Notes under the pieces: generated by a model | The model's database searches: none | Told to the model about the DNA's origin: nothing | The model's input: only the letters and a program-made list of their open reading frames with translations | Position numbers and translations under genes: made by a program | Shown: piece after piece, positions 19,134-40,522 of the stretch | How positions within the stretch are numbered: position 1 is the stretch's first letter | How the letters are laid out: each line of letters opens with the position of its first letter | Source of the DNA: Chrysomallon squamiferum | Taxonomy: Eukaryota; Animalia; Mollusca | Direction: 5' to 3' | Assembly (NCBI GenBank): GCA_012295275.1 | Contig: CM022677.1 | Coordinates: 21,514,001-21,578,000, forward strand | DNA: 64,000 nucleotides

Positions 19134-20304
19134 ATGAATACAGTTTTCTTCTTTCTCGTTCTTCTTTTTTCCTTCGAGAATTACGTAGGTAAGTAAGAAC
19201 GTCACAGACGATCGCATCTACCTGATATATATCTCTGTATATACTTGATATATCTCTGTATCTACCTGAAATTTATCTCTGTACTTCAGATATATATATA
19301 TATATATTTATATATCTCAATAGATACAGAGATAGATATCCTGCTTGGCAGATATATATATATATATATCGAGAGAGAGAAAGAGAGATATATATCCAAG
19401 AAGATACAAAGATATATATCACGTAGATATACAGTAAGATATCTCGGAGGGTATCCAAGTATATACAAAGATATATATCACGTAGATATAGAGTAAGATA
19501 TCTCGGTGGATATCCAAGAAGATACAAAAATATATATCACGAAGATATAGAGTAAGATATTTATAAAGATATACTTGGATATCTATGGGATACCTATCCC
19601 TTTATCCGCTTGTTATACGTCTGTGTATCTACTTGGATATCCACCGAGATATCTTACTGTATATCTACGTGATATATAACTTTGTGTCTACTTGGATATC
19701 CACCGAGATATCTTACTCTATATCTACGTGATATATATCTTTGTATCTTCTTGGATATCCACCGAGATATCATACTCTATATCTACGTGATATATATATC
19801 TTTGTATCTTCTTGGATATCCACCGAGATATCTTACTCTATATCTACGTGATATATATCTTTGTATCTTCTTGGATATCCACCGAGATATCATACTCTAT
19901 ATCTACGTGATATATATATCTTTGTATCTTCTTGGATATCCACCGAGATATCTTACTCTATATCTACGTGATATATATCTTTGTATCTTCTTGGATATCC
20001 ACCGAGATATCTTACTCTATATCTACGTGATATATATCTTTGTGTCTTCTTGGATATCCACCGAGATATCTTACTCTATATCTACGTGATATATATCTTT
20101 TGATATGATATCTTACTCTATATCTACGTGATATATATCTTTGTATCTTCTTGGATATCCACCGAGATATCTTACTCTATATCTACGTGATATATATCTT
20201 TGTATCTTCTTGGATATCCACCGAGATATCTTACTCTATATCTACGTGATATATATCTTTGTATCTTCTTGGATATATATCTGTCTTTCTTCTGGAATAA
20301 CTAA

Positions 20305-20338
<34 letters not shown>

Positions 20339-20793
20339 ATATATATATATGTGTCTATATCTGCCAAGCAGGATATCTATCTCTGTATCTACTGAGATAT
20401 TAATCTTTGTTTTGTTTTTTTTCAACTGCTTTGTTACACACTAAATCAGCAAAGCGCGTCTGTTTTTCCCACACAGTTGCTAAACTGACGTGCAGAGACG
20501 GGTTCCTGTTCATAGAGGGTCGTTGCTACTGGTTTTCTCCGGCTCAACTCCCAGCCACGTGGATAGATGCAGCGGTAAGAGTAACCTTCTCGAACTGAAA
20601 CACACGTACTGACTTGTAATTCATAAAACACTTACTTACCGATACGCAGGTTATTAAAGACATACATTCTGATGTACTAGTTGTTGAAAACATACATACT
20701 GATATATTGTGGATACAAGTTATTAAATGACATATACTGATGTATAAGTTAGTAAAGACATACATACTGACATAAAGACATACATACTAATAG

Positions 20794-20846
<53 letters not shown>

Positions 20847-20946
20847 TGGCGTTATTGCTATAATCATTGCACTAACAACTATTGTTAATATTATCGTTAT
20901 TATTATTATTATTATTATTATTATGATTATTATGATTATGATTATG

Positions 20947-20988
<42 letters not shown>

Positions 20989-22072
20989 GCTGTTGTTATT
21001 ATTCGTAGTACTGTCGTTATTACTATAGTTATTGTGGTTGCCAATGTTATTATTATTATTGTTGTTGTTGTTGTTATTATTATTGCTGCTATTATTATTA
21101 GTATTATTATTATTGTTGTTGTTGTTGTTGTTGCTGTTGTTCTCGTTGTTGTTGTCATCATTATTATTATTATTCAGGATTACTGCAGGTCTATGAACTC
21201 GTATCTGACGATTTATTCATCAGTGGCTGATGATCAGGACATGACTGCAGAGTTGTATCTAAACAACAGCCGTAACTACGTTCATCATTTAGTCTATTAC
21301 TACTACTACTACTACTACTACTGTTACTACTACTACTACTACTGTTACTACTACTATTACTACTACTACTACTACTACTACTACTATTACTACTACTGTC
21401 ACTACTACTACTATTACTACTTCTATTACTACTACTACTACTATTACTACTGTTACTACTACTATTACTACTGTTACTACTACTATTACTACTACTATAC
21501 TACTACTACTATTACTACTGTTACTACTACTATTACTACTGTTACTACTACTATTACTACTACTACTATTACTATTACTACTACTATTACTACTGTTACT
21601 ATTACTACTACTACTACTATTACTACTATTACTACTGTTACTACTACTACTACTACTGTTACTATTACTACTACTATTACTACTGTTACTATTACTACTA
21701 CTATTACTACTACTGTCACTACTACTATTACTACTACTATTACTACTATTACTACTGTTACTACTACTACTACTACTATTACTACTATTACTACTACTAT
21801 TACTACTGTTACTATTGCTACTACTATTACTACTACTGTCACTACTACTACTATTATTACTACTACTATTACTACTATTACTACTGTTACTACTACTACT
21901 AATATTACTACTATTACTACTACTATTACTACTGTTACTATTACTACTACTATTACTACTACTGTCACTACTACTACTATTACTACTACTACTACTATTA
22001 CTATCACGTCTACCACTAGTACTAATACAGCTAACAAGACTATTATTATCTTTTAATAAAACAAATGTTTTA

Positions 22073-22140
<68 letters not shown>

Positions 22141-22200
22141 TTATCATTATTATTATTATTATTATCATTATTATTTTTATTATTATTATTATCATTATTA

Positions 22201-22250
<50 letters not shown>

Positions 22251-22535
22251 TTTATTATTTTTATTATATTTTTTTTTTCTTTAGTGATTACTGAATACTG
22301 GCTTGGAATGACTGACATTCAGCTTGAAGGAAAATATATGGGGTTCAGCCGACATTCTCGAGAAGAGCTTGAGTTCAAAAACTGGGCTAAGCATGAACCG
22401 AACAACGCGGGCGTAGGTGAAGACTGCGCGTTCGTAGCAAAATCCAGCCATTACTGGCAGTGGATCGACTCCCATTGCAACAAAGAAAAGGGCTTCGTTT
22501 GCGAGTACCACCCCCAGGACTGGTGGACTCCCTAA
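19134..22535 (+). CDS. CTL-E: secreted C-type lectin (~165 aa, EPN/WID); exons 19134..19188, 20477..20574, 21178..21271, 22285..22535
   Basis: [18 protein letters not shown]|VAKLTCRDGFLFIEGRCYW..TWIDAA|[15 protein letters not shown]..|[40 protein letters not shown]. 498 nt in frame. Confidence 0.92.
19312..20400. repeat. Fold-back inverted repeat built of a 59/61-bp minisatellite, in CTL-E intron 1
   Basis: Outer ends are reverse complements (atatctcaatagatacagagatagatatcctgcttggcagatata / tatatctgccaagcaggatatctatctctgtatctactgagatat). About 3 inverted units on the left and 11-12 forward units (CTTGGATATCCACCGAGATATC...) on the right. Confidence 0.9.
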
Positions 22536-23008
22536 TAAACATCAGTACTGAGAGACAGAGAGACACAGGCGTTCTGTTTTGTTTGTTATTATTATTCTTG
22601 TTCTCGTTCTTCTTATTTGTTGTTGTTGTTGTTTTTGTTATTGAAAATGAAAACAGAGGGACGTTATATTTTGAATTTATTGTTATTGAAACTTTTCTAA
22701 CATGAATGATACGCGTATAAAAAAAAAAAAAAAAATGACTTGTAAACAAGGACTGAGGTATAGGAGAAGAAATACAAATAGAAAAAAAAAAAAAAAAAAA
22801 AGAAAAAAAAAAGGGGATTATTTTCAAATTTTAAAGTTCGTTATTGTTTGTTATTATTGTTAGAAAGGAATAAAGCTCTGTGGTTTGCGGGGCGGGGCAG
22901 CGTGCGGGGGCGGGGTGCTAATTCAAGGCAGGCGGACGTGATCGAGAGCACCTAGGTAAATTTGAGGTGGCAAAAATTGGAAAATGTTTGCAATCAGTTT
23001 TAGTTTTT

Positions 23009-23046
<38 letters not shown>

Positions 23047-23693
23047 TTTTTTTTTTTTTTTAATAAGAGACGCTATTACTTGGGAAGATCGTCTGTAAAT
23101 TTAGGTAAGAAGTTAACAAAGTTTGCTGTCGTTTAACTCACTGAATCCGTCCTTGGTTTACGCTGAAACTGAAAAGAAAAATAAAGCTTCGTTTCATCGG
23201 TCATCGATAGTAAGTCACTAGTAAATGTTAGAATAAGTCACTGACTGCTTTAGTGACTTACTTTGTCACTATTCTTTTCTGAGTAAATTGTTTTAAAGTC
23301 TTTCTCAAAGACTGTCTGTCTGTATGTGACAATAATAGCGACAACAACAGCACCAACAACAGCACCAACAACAGCACCAACAACAGCACCAACAACAGCA
23401 CCAAAAACAATAATAACAGTGATGATGATGATATGAGAAAAGTAATTGATGGAATTCAAAAATAACAATAACAATAATAACAAGAACAGCAACAACAATA
23501 ACAACACTAATAATGATAAAAATGAATATAATTATAGTTGTAACAACAACATCAATAATAACAATATAATAATAAATCGAAAAATAACTTTAACAATAAT
23601 AACAATAAAAACAACGACAATAGCTAAACAATAAAATAACAGCAATAATAATAATAGTAATAATAATAACAGTAATAATAATAATAATAATAA

Positions 23694-23724
<31 letters not shown>

Positions 23725-24442
23725 AAGATGAAGGATAAGAAAAAGAAAAAGAAGACAACAGCATCAATAATAATAACAATAAAAATATTAAAAATAATGA
23801 TAATATGATAATGACGTTGATAATGGTAATAGTAGTAGTAGTAGTAGTAGAAGTAGAATAAGAGCTAATATTTATAATAACAATATAGTAGGTGTGGTGG
23901 TACTAGTAGTAGTCGTAGTAGTAGTATCATCAACAGTAGTAGTGGCTGTAATAATAATGATATAAAATAAACATACTTAATGATAATTTCAAATATGTTT
24001 CTTTAATTCATTACCATTTTAAAAATTAGATAATATTTAAATACAGACAATTTTTTTTTTTTAAATTTAATTTTATATTCTCAAAGTGTATTAACTTTTG
24101 TAATATTTTCCTTCTTTTTTTTTTTTATTAATTATTTCTATTTTTATTCAGTTTTCATTCTTTCTTTTATCTTTTTTCTTTTCTGCTTCTCTTTTCTCTC
24201 TGTATTATTTTTTTATTTTCTTATTTTATTACGAACTAGCTGAATACTGTGTCTGTTTCTGTCATGCACATCGGAGAATGTGTTCTTTGATGTCTACTCA
24301 GGTTTAAAACATTTATTTTATTTTACTTTACATTTCGCATTGTTTAGCACGTAGTGTCAGCTCCTGTTTATTACTTCCCACCGTCCGTCTGTCAGTACAA
24401 ACTGAGCGCTGAGCTCTATGACACATTTATGTATATTATTAT

Positions 24443-24490
<48 letters not shown>

Positions 24491-25394
24491 CAATGTGCGT
24501 TTTTATTTTCTTTGAAAAACTATAAGCACATATTTTCTTTTTCTTGTGCATCTGTTGGGCCCGTTCGTTTACATATCAAAATGTTTAAGAAACTTTTATT
24601 TTGTTTTTATACGCTTTTGAATATTTTATGAAACACTATAATACTGAATTATTTTCGTTGCAAATGCGTGAATACCATCTGCTGATGCATGCGTCTGAAT
24701 GTTTAAGATATTTATAATTCATTTTATTATTATTATTATTTTTATTTTATTTTATTTTAATGTGTTCTATGAATCTTGTATCAAACAACCTAAGCACAGC
24801 GTTAAATATGTTTCTTTTCGTAATGTTGAAGATTTTACGTCGTGAATCTTTCTATCATTAAATATTCTTAAAGTTACAGAAATAAAAATTAAACCTGTTT
24901 CTTTTCGTAATATTGAATATTTTACGTAATTATCTTTTTTTATCACTAAATATTTCAAACGTTGTATAAATTCATTTCTTTTTTTTATTCGTTATCATTT
25001 TCATCTCGCATTTCAACTGAAAACGCAGTGTACGTATTCACAGCCATTTTCTTTTCATAATTCATGTTAAGTAAAATATCTGAATTATATACAAATAATA
25101 TAATCGCTCATCCATTTCTTGTAGAAAATGCAGTGCATATATTAAGAGTCATTTTCTATTCATAATTCCTTTTAAGTTGGATGTTTGAAATATTTCTTAA
25201 ATAAAACTACACGTCTATCAGATTGTTGTTGAAGATGTTAAAAAAAATACAGTCATCTTTTAGGCTTTTGATATAGCTGTAAAATTCATATTTTTGGTAT
25301 TCATTATTCATTTTTACCATTTTTTTAAAATTTCATTTATTACAATTTTATTTTTAAAGAGATATTTGCATTTTCATTTTACGAAATAAGAAAA

Positions 25395-25626
25395 CGTCTG
25401 ACAGTTTGTGTTTTGCAGTGTCGAGACACACAGCGCAGTCAGTTTGATCCTTCGTCTGACAGTTTGTGTTTTGCAGTGTCGATACACACAGCGCAGTCAG
25501 TTTGATCCTTCGTCTGACAGTTTGTGTTTTGCAGTGTCGATACACACAGCGCAATCAGTTTGATCCTTCGTCTGACAGTTTGTGTTTTGCAGTGTCGAGA
25601 CACACAGCGCAGTCAGTTTGATCCTT
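25395..25626 (+). repeat. 58-bp tandem repeat x4 immediately upstream of the CTL-F start
   Basis: CGTCTGACAGTTTGTGTTTTGCAGTGTCGAGACACACAGCGCAGTCAGTTTGATCCTT at 25395, 25453, 25511 and 25569. Confidence 0.95.
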
Positions 25627-25651
25627 CGCTGTACAGCAGAGGAAAGTGAAG

Positions 25652-29263
<3,612 letters not shown>

Positions 29264-29536
29264 TAAAGAAAACAAAGCAAGATGACAATGAGATTAAATT
29301 TTGCGATTTCTTTTTTTTTATTAATTTTTTTTTTTTTAATATTTTTTTTTTGGACTGATATTGAGTATTAAACTTAAAATTGTTTGACACACTTATAGAA
29401 ATATATATATATATATATACACACACACATACACACGCACACACATATACACCCATACATACATATACACATGCATACATACGTACATATACATACATAC
29501 AAACACGCATACAAAAACACGTACATACATAAGTTT

Positions 29537-29832
29537 GTCTTGATGACTGAATGGTAACATCGTCCGCCTTCGGAGTGTGGGCGAATGGGTGTCACACGTT
29601 CGAGTCTCGTCAGCGGCATCTGACGGGTTTTGTGAGGTCGTGATTGGACTTTGTCCTCCTGGGTCAATGCATTCCCGAATATTGTCTGTGTGCAGAGTCT
29701 ATTCAGACGTACATAAGACAGAGAGAATATTCAAATCCTACAATGCATACACACACACACCCACATACACAAACAAACACACACACACACACAGACGCAG
29801 GTACATACATAAATATACACACACATACATAC

Positions 29833-29863
<31 letters not shown>

Positions 29864-29880
29864 CATACATACACACACCG
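29537..29880 (+). mobile_element. tRNA-derived SINE (possibly CORE-like), degenerate
   Basis: A-box-like TGACTGAATGG at ~29544, B-box GTTCGAGTC at 29598-29606 in a T-arm-like context, central gtcctcctgggtcaatgcatt resembling CORE GTGACCTTGGGCAAGTCACTT, and a (CA)/(TACA)n tail. The 3' end is approximate. Confidence 0.6.
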
Positions 29881-30394
29881 AGAAATGCCTGTTATACCAA
29901 TTCAGAAGAACTCTGTCTTAAAGTGCATGTATCCTTGGCAACCATTTTTACGTCAGCATTGGACACGTGTTTACGGAAGCAATGTGGAGAGAACTGGGTA
30001 GCACAGGATTATTTGCTATAGTAACAGTAGCAGCTGTTGCTGTTGGAATAATAGCAGAAGTAGTAGTTGTGGTTGTAGTAATAGTCACAATAGTAGTAGA
30101 TGCTGAAACAGTTGTTCCTGTTTCATTAGCAGTACTAGTAGTAGCATACTAGTTGCTGTTATTGTAATAATTATAGCTGTAGTAGATGTCGGTGTTGTAA
30201 ACGTAATAGTAGTTGTAGCAGCTGCAAAAGTGGTAGTAGTAGTTTTTCTTTTTAGTAGCAGTATTTGTAGTAGTAGTTGTAATAGTTGCAGTAGCAATAC
30301 TATTAGTTTGTAATGGCAGTAGTAGAGTAGTAGCTGTAAAAGTAGTTATAATTGTAGTCCTAGTAATTTACAATAGCAGCAGTTTTAGTATAGT

Positions 30395-31127
30395 AGTCAC
30401 ACAGTGAGTATAGTAAGACAGTGAACAGCAAGTTAGTCGCACAGTGAGTCAGTAATACAGTCACTAAGTCAGTCACACAGTGAGTCAGTAAGTCAGTCAC
30501 TGAGTTAGTCACACAGTTACTGAGTAAGACAGTCACTGAGTCAGACACACAGTGAGTCAGTAAGATGGTCACACGGTGAGACACACAGTGAGTCAGTAAG
30601 TCAGTCACTGAATCAGTCACACAGTGAGTCAGTAAGACAGTCACTGAGTCAGTCGCACAGTGAATCAGCAAGACAGTCACTGAGTCAGTCACACAGTGAG
30701 TCAGCAAGACAGTCACTGAGTCAGTCGCACAGTGAGTCAGCAAGACAGTCACTGAGTCAGTCGCACAGTGAGTCAGCAAGACAGTCACTGAGTCAGTCTA
30801 ACAGTGAGTTAGTAATACAGTCACTAAGTCAGTCACACAGAGAGTCAGTAAGACAGTCACTGAGTCAGTCACAAGTCAGTTAGTAAGACAGTCACTGAGT
30901 CAGTCACACAGTGAGTCAGCAAGACAGTCACTGAGTCAGTCTAACAGTGAGTCAGTAATACAGTCACTGAGTCAGTAATACAGGCACACAGTGAGTTAGT
31001 AATACAGTCACTGAGTCAGTCACACAGTGAGTCAGTAATACAGGTACACAGTGAGTTAGTAATACAGTCACTGAGTCAGTCACACAGTGAGTCAGTAATA
31101 CAGTCACACAGTGAGTTAGTAAGACAG
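30395..31127 (+). repeat. 36-bp minisatellite (CAGTCACTGAGTCAGTCACACAGTGAGTCAGTAAGA) x~20
   Basis: Seen directly between the convergent CTL-F and CTL-G genes; two TGAGTCA per consensus unit. Confidence 0.92.
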
Positions 31128-31802
31128 GGTAACTATTACTGTTTTTTAACTTATTGTTTTTTTAAATTGTTAAATTTTTGTTGTTTTTTAAATCTTTTTT
31201 GTTTGTGTATATTTTTTATTTCTCTTTTTATGTCAATTTTCTGTGTACTATGTGAGAAGGAAATGAAAGAAAGTTATAATAAAAAAAATAATAGTAATAC
31301 TACTACTATCACTAATATAACTAATAATAATAGTAATAATAATAATAATAATAACTGTTTTTAACCATTGTTTTTTAAATGTTAAATTTTTGTTGTTTTT
31401 AAATAATAATAACAATTTTCACAACAACAATAAGTAAAAAATTTTAAATAATAAGAATAACAACAACAGTAATAACAACAAAATAATAACAATAATAACT
31501 AAAAATAAAAATAATAACAAAAATAACACCAATAATAATAACAATAATAACAACAACAATAAACAACAATCATAAATAAAAAAATAACAACAACAGTAAT
31601 AACAAAAAGAATAACGACAATAATAACAAAAAATAAAAATAATAACAATAACTAATAATAATAATATACAAAAATAAAACAACAATAATAACAATAATAA
31701 CAACAATCATAATAAAAATAAAGAAAAAAAATAACAACAACAACAACAACAATAAGAATAATAGGAAACAACTGTGTGTTTATTTTCAGCTGTTTTCTCT
31801 GC

Positions 31803-35658
<3,856 letters not shown>

Positions 35659-36411
35659 TATTGTGTGTCCTTCGACAAAACCGGAGTAGACTTGAACGAA
35701 CTAAGCTGGTAAATGTTTGTGAATGAAAACAGAGAGACGTTTATATTATTTTTATGATATATGCATGTGAACATTAAAACAGAAACGTAAAAAAAAGAAT
35801 ATTAAGGTAAATATGAATGTCTTAACGATTTTCATATATGCGTTAACACACCATAATACTGTGCGCTTATATTATTTTATACAAAATGCAAATGCACATG
35901 TAAACGAAAACTGAATGACAATATGTCTAGAAAAAACACACCATTGAAACATGCAAACAGATGGTATACAAGACTTTTCCAAGGAAAGGAACAGGATGCT
36001 GGTGACACTTCATGCAGAGTTCAAATGAACGTTAAAAAAAAAGAAGTGGTTCTTTTTTATGTGACTAACAAAAGAAACTGACAAGCAAAAAGAAGAAAAA
36101 AAAAAGAACAAAAGACACGCATACTTAAGTTACTGCATTAAAACGAACAACAGATATGTAAAGTAAAACGTGAATTAACAAATATATATATATATCTTCG
36201 AAATTTTAATATGGGTATAAAATATTTCATAATGTCTCGAGTTTTAGTTTATTCAAATAGCAGAAGTACGATAACACCGGCAGTAGTAGTAGTAGTACTA
36301 ATAGTTGTAGTCGTTGTTGTAGTAGTTTTACTACAAGTAATAATAAATTGGTTGTAGTACCCATGGTTAGTATTAGCAGGAATAGCAGTAGTCATCGTCC
36401 TCGTCGTAATA

Positions 36412-36444
<33 letters not shown>

Positions 36445-37361
36445 TTAGTAGTATTAGTATTAGTATTAGTAACAATGGTAGTAGTAGTAGCAACAGCAGT
36501 TCTAGCAGAGTGTTAAGACATAATTTTATTATATATTAAAATTTATATGCTTAAATGTTGGTGTCGTAGAAGTAGTAGTAGTAGTAGTGGAAGTAGTAGT
36601 AGTAGCAGTAGTGGTATTGGAAATAATGATAGTAGTGGTAGTAGTAGCAATAGAAGTTGCAGTAGTAATAATTGTGCTAATTATAACAGTAGTAGTGGAA
36701 GTAGTAGTAGTAGTAGCAACAGCAGTTCTAGCAGAGTGTTAAGACATAATTTTATTATATATTAAAATTTATATGCTGAAATGTTGGTGTCGTAGAAGTA
36801 GTAGTAGTAGCGATGGCTGATAATCTTATGTTTATGCTGAAACAGTCAGAAATTCCTGTTGTGTTTATCATCGATATATTATGTAGTATTACAAATATAC
36901 TGCACTATTTACGTTTTTTTTATTTTTATTTTATTACACTTTTTATATGAATAGAGTAGATAGATATATAGAGACATACAGACACAAACACACACATGTA
37001 TGTATATAGATATATATACATACATACAAGTAGAGAAAGATGATGAGCTACAGAAATAAATGATGATGATGATGATAACGATGTTAATAACGGTATTAAT
37101 CATAATGATGATAATAATTATCTTTATTCTTTTCTGTTCTTCTACATTTTCATCAAAATGCTACATGTACAATACTTACAGATTCGCACGTTCTTTATTC
37201 CATATAATAATCAATACTATACGATAAAAGAAAAATGGACATAAAAATAAAAGCATTATATATATTCTGAATTTAAAAAAAATATTTTAAATATCTAGTT
37301 AGTGAAATTTCAGATATACTACATAATATATCGATGATAAATAATTATGTATATGTGTGCA

Positions 37362-37511
<150 letters not shown>

Positions 37512-37520
37512 GTGTCTGTG

Positions 37521-37564
<44 letters not shown>

Positions 37565-38640
37565 GGGACGGTACTGAAATACAGGTATTGTTGCTGTATC
37601 AAATATAACAAATCAGTATCAGTACTAAAGAGACAAAATCGGTATTGGAAGTGGGCCATATGCTATTTCCTTATATGCTATATATATATAAAACCATTTT
37701 CATTTATATAATAATCTCTACATGACTGCCATTATGTTGAAAACACATTTCAGTGTGTGTCCTCCAATGCTGAAGAACACGTTCAAGAACAGCTGGAGTT
37801 AGGCTTGTAATGGCATTGGTGATACACTGCTTGAGATCAAACCATATCTATGGAAATTTATGGGAGATGCTGCATATATATATATATATACATATATCAC
37901 ATGCATACATACATGCATATATACATATACATATACACATTGCAGTAATTGTTGTGGTAGGAATATTAAACAATAAAGCTGTAATTAACTAAACAACAAT
38001 AATAAAAAACAGTTAATACTGAACGACAGTTTTTACTGTCGTTAAAATTTAAAAGAAAACAATTTCAGGTGAATAAGAAACATTTTACGTTTTACTGGGA
38101 ACCGGAAGACAGGGGGTTTGCGCCTGCGCACTCGTGCAACGTCCTGTATGATAAACACTAATCTTTATTCACTTCACTCGTCTACGACAGCAAACCGCGC
38201 AGTTTCAAACAGTACAAACAAAACAACAGACGGAAAGCAATCACTCAGTCTGTGTAGAAATGTTCATTTCTTTATTTGTTTTGGTTAATATCTGATTGCT
38301 GTATAAAAACATGTCTCCTTCAAAGTCCGTCTCATTTTTAAGAGCAACTTCTCGATATATTTGGAGTAAAACTGTGAACACGTGCTGCCCACTGGAGTTG
38401 TGATTACAACAGTTAGCAGTGAGACGCAGCCAAGATCATTATCCACACAGGGATGCCCAGCTTACTTACTGCTTGACCGCTTTCCAAACTGTGAACCTTT
38501 TGAGAGGATACCGCTCGTTTCGCTGAAGAATTAGCAGTAGAAGAAGTGGTAGTATACACACACTTACACACACACATAGACATACACACAGCCACAAATG
38601 TGAGGAAAGCCCATCCCGGTTAAAAAAATAAAATAAAATA

Positions 38641-38672
<32 letters not shown>

Positions 38673-38782
38673 AATCAAAAATGTGTGTATGTCTCCATGT
38701 GCGTGTATGTGTCTCTCTCAGAATATGTGTATGCGTGTGCGGTTATCTGACTATCTGTCTGTCTGGGTTTGTGTTGTCTGTC

Positions 38783-38849
<67 letters not shown>

Positions 38850-39339
38850 ACACATACATATATGTATCATGCATTAAAACGATTTCTTTCTTCAATTATT
38901 TTTAATGCCTTAAACCATACGAACTGAATTTTGAATTTGAAATCTGTTGAGGTCGACTTAAATAAAATAGTTTGCCCTTTGTTTACTATAAAAGTGTATA
39001 ATGTTATATGACGAATATACGAGAATACATACTTTCACTATCTGTATGATTACAGGTGAGAACACATACCGTTCGTCAGTGATTACTGATTACACTCATG
39101 TCATATTGTCCCTGACCGATTTGGCTCTGTTTTTCGTGTCTTTTTTCATTAGTTTAGGGGTTGTTCCTTTTTTTCTCACTTGTTTTTTTTTTATTAAATA
39201 AATAATCTTTTCTTTCCTGTTTGTTCTTTGTTTCGTTTTCTTAGAGAAACTCATACTATTAAAAAATAAAGATGTTATATTAAAGTTTTTTTGTTTTTTT
39301 TACCACCGAGTGGAACTATGACTATCATATTCTTTATCA

Positions 39340-40454
39340 TCCTGAATATTCGTTCCTTGGATGAATTAATATTCATGGGGAACAAATCTTCTCTGACACT
39401 GGCACCATTTTAAAGTCCCGTCCAGTTGTCGTTAATCTATTACAAACAAAACCCTATCTAAACACCGATGCTGTGCACTTAAGGATTTCTGGTGTAAATT
39501 AGAGAACAAAAGAAAACTTTGTACATAATCAGTTTTGTTAACATCGCCAGAATATTTTCAAGTTCGATCACTTCTTGATCAAAAGCGACAATTGGGAAGA
39601 AATTAAGCAGAACATGAAATGATCGCCTGTCTTTGATGTCTTAATAAAGAATCATTCGATACTTCTCGTAATTACTATATGCAGCTAAACAAACAAGATT
39701 AATGTTTCGTTTTAATACCTTAGTGAATTCAACCATTTAGAATCATTGTCAAACGCAGAAGTCTGCATAAATATCGTTTGGCGCACTTTATGCATTGTTT
39801 TACTGAATTCGTCTAAACGGCAGAGCGACTTTTAAAAAGACGGCAACGTTTTGAACATTGTGAAGAGAAACTAACAGACGTGTTTTAATCAAATCCGTTG
39901 CATACACAGAAAGAAAGATCACGCTGTGCTAGGAAAATAGTGAGAAGTCAGTTACGCCGAAGAGAGGTTTTCCAAATGCAAACGAAACAACACGACATAA
40001 ACAAGCCATTGTCACAAAACATAGAATTAAAAATCAGCGTTTATAGATTCGATATTCTGTTTCAAATAAAACAGGGTCTTTAATAAAATATTCCATACAG
40101 GCTCGTGCAGTAAGTGATCAGATTATTTAACAGAAGATTTGTTCTTGTTTGTTCATTATTAGCAGCAGCCTGGTTGCTCGAGTCTCAGACATCTATTTAT
40201 ATGTTTGTCTCTTAACTGCAATCTCTAATGTACATGCATTTCTCAACTGCAAGTTAATTAATTTAATTTGTATACAAGATCAAAAGAGCTGTGTGTATTG
40301 TCAAACTCTAATCAGAACGGCAAAACAGCGCACAAATTCTATTTATATGTTTGACTCTTAATTGCAATCTTTCATCACAACAGGGAAACAGTGTATAAAA
40401 TCGGTGAAAAAAATGCAGGCAAAATGTATCGCTATTTTAAAGGGATATATTTAA

Positions 40455-40522
<68 letters not shown>

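Noticed and set aside
20923-22056. 377-aa ORF through CTL-E exon 3 into poly-Tyr and a Thr-rich mucin-like tail
   Set aside because: An open frame is expected by chance in (ATT)n and (ACT)n tracts, and the paralogs hit stops soon after exon 3. It would need intron-retention reads to revive.
22880-22980. GC-box island (GGGGCGGGG x2) as a promoter
   Set aside because: No adjacent gene start; a short isolated GC patch, more likely a transposon scrap, and not supportable from sequence alone.
25395-25626. Regular repeats as a CRISPR array (also 9606-9757, 13143-14130, 30395-31127)
   Set aside because: Head-to-tail units with no unique spacers, no cas genes, and a eukaryotic spliced-gene context.
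29537-29620. Functional tRNA gene
   Set aside because: Acceptor and T stems pair poorly, and it continues into a SINE-like body and microsatellite tail.
37560-37660. Possible hAT/MITE terminus (TAGGGACGGTACTGAAATAC...)
   Set aside because: No matching second terminus or target-site duplication found by eye.
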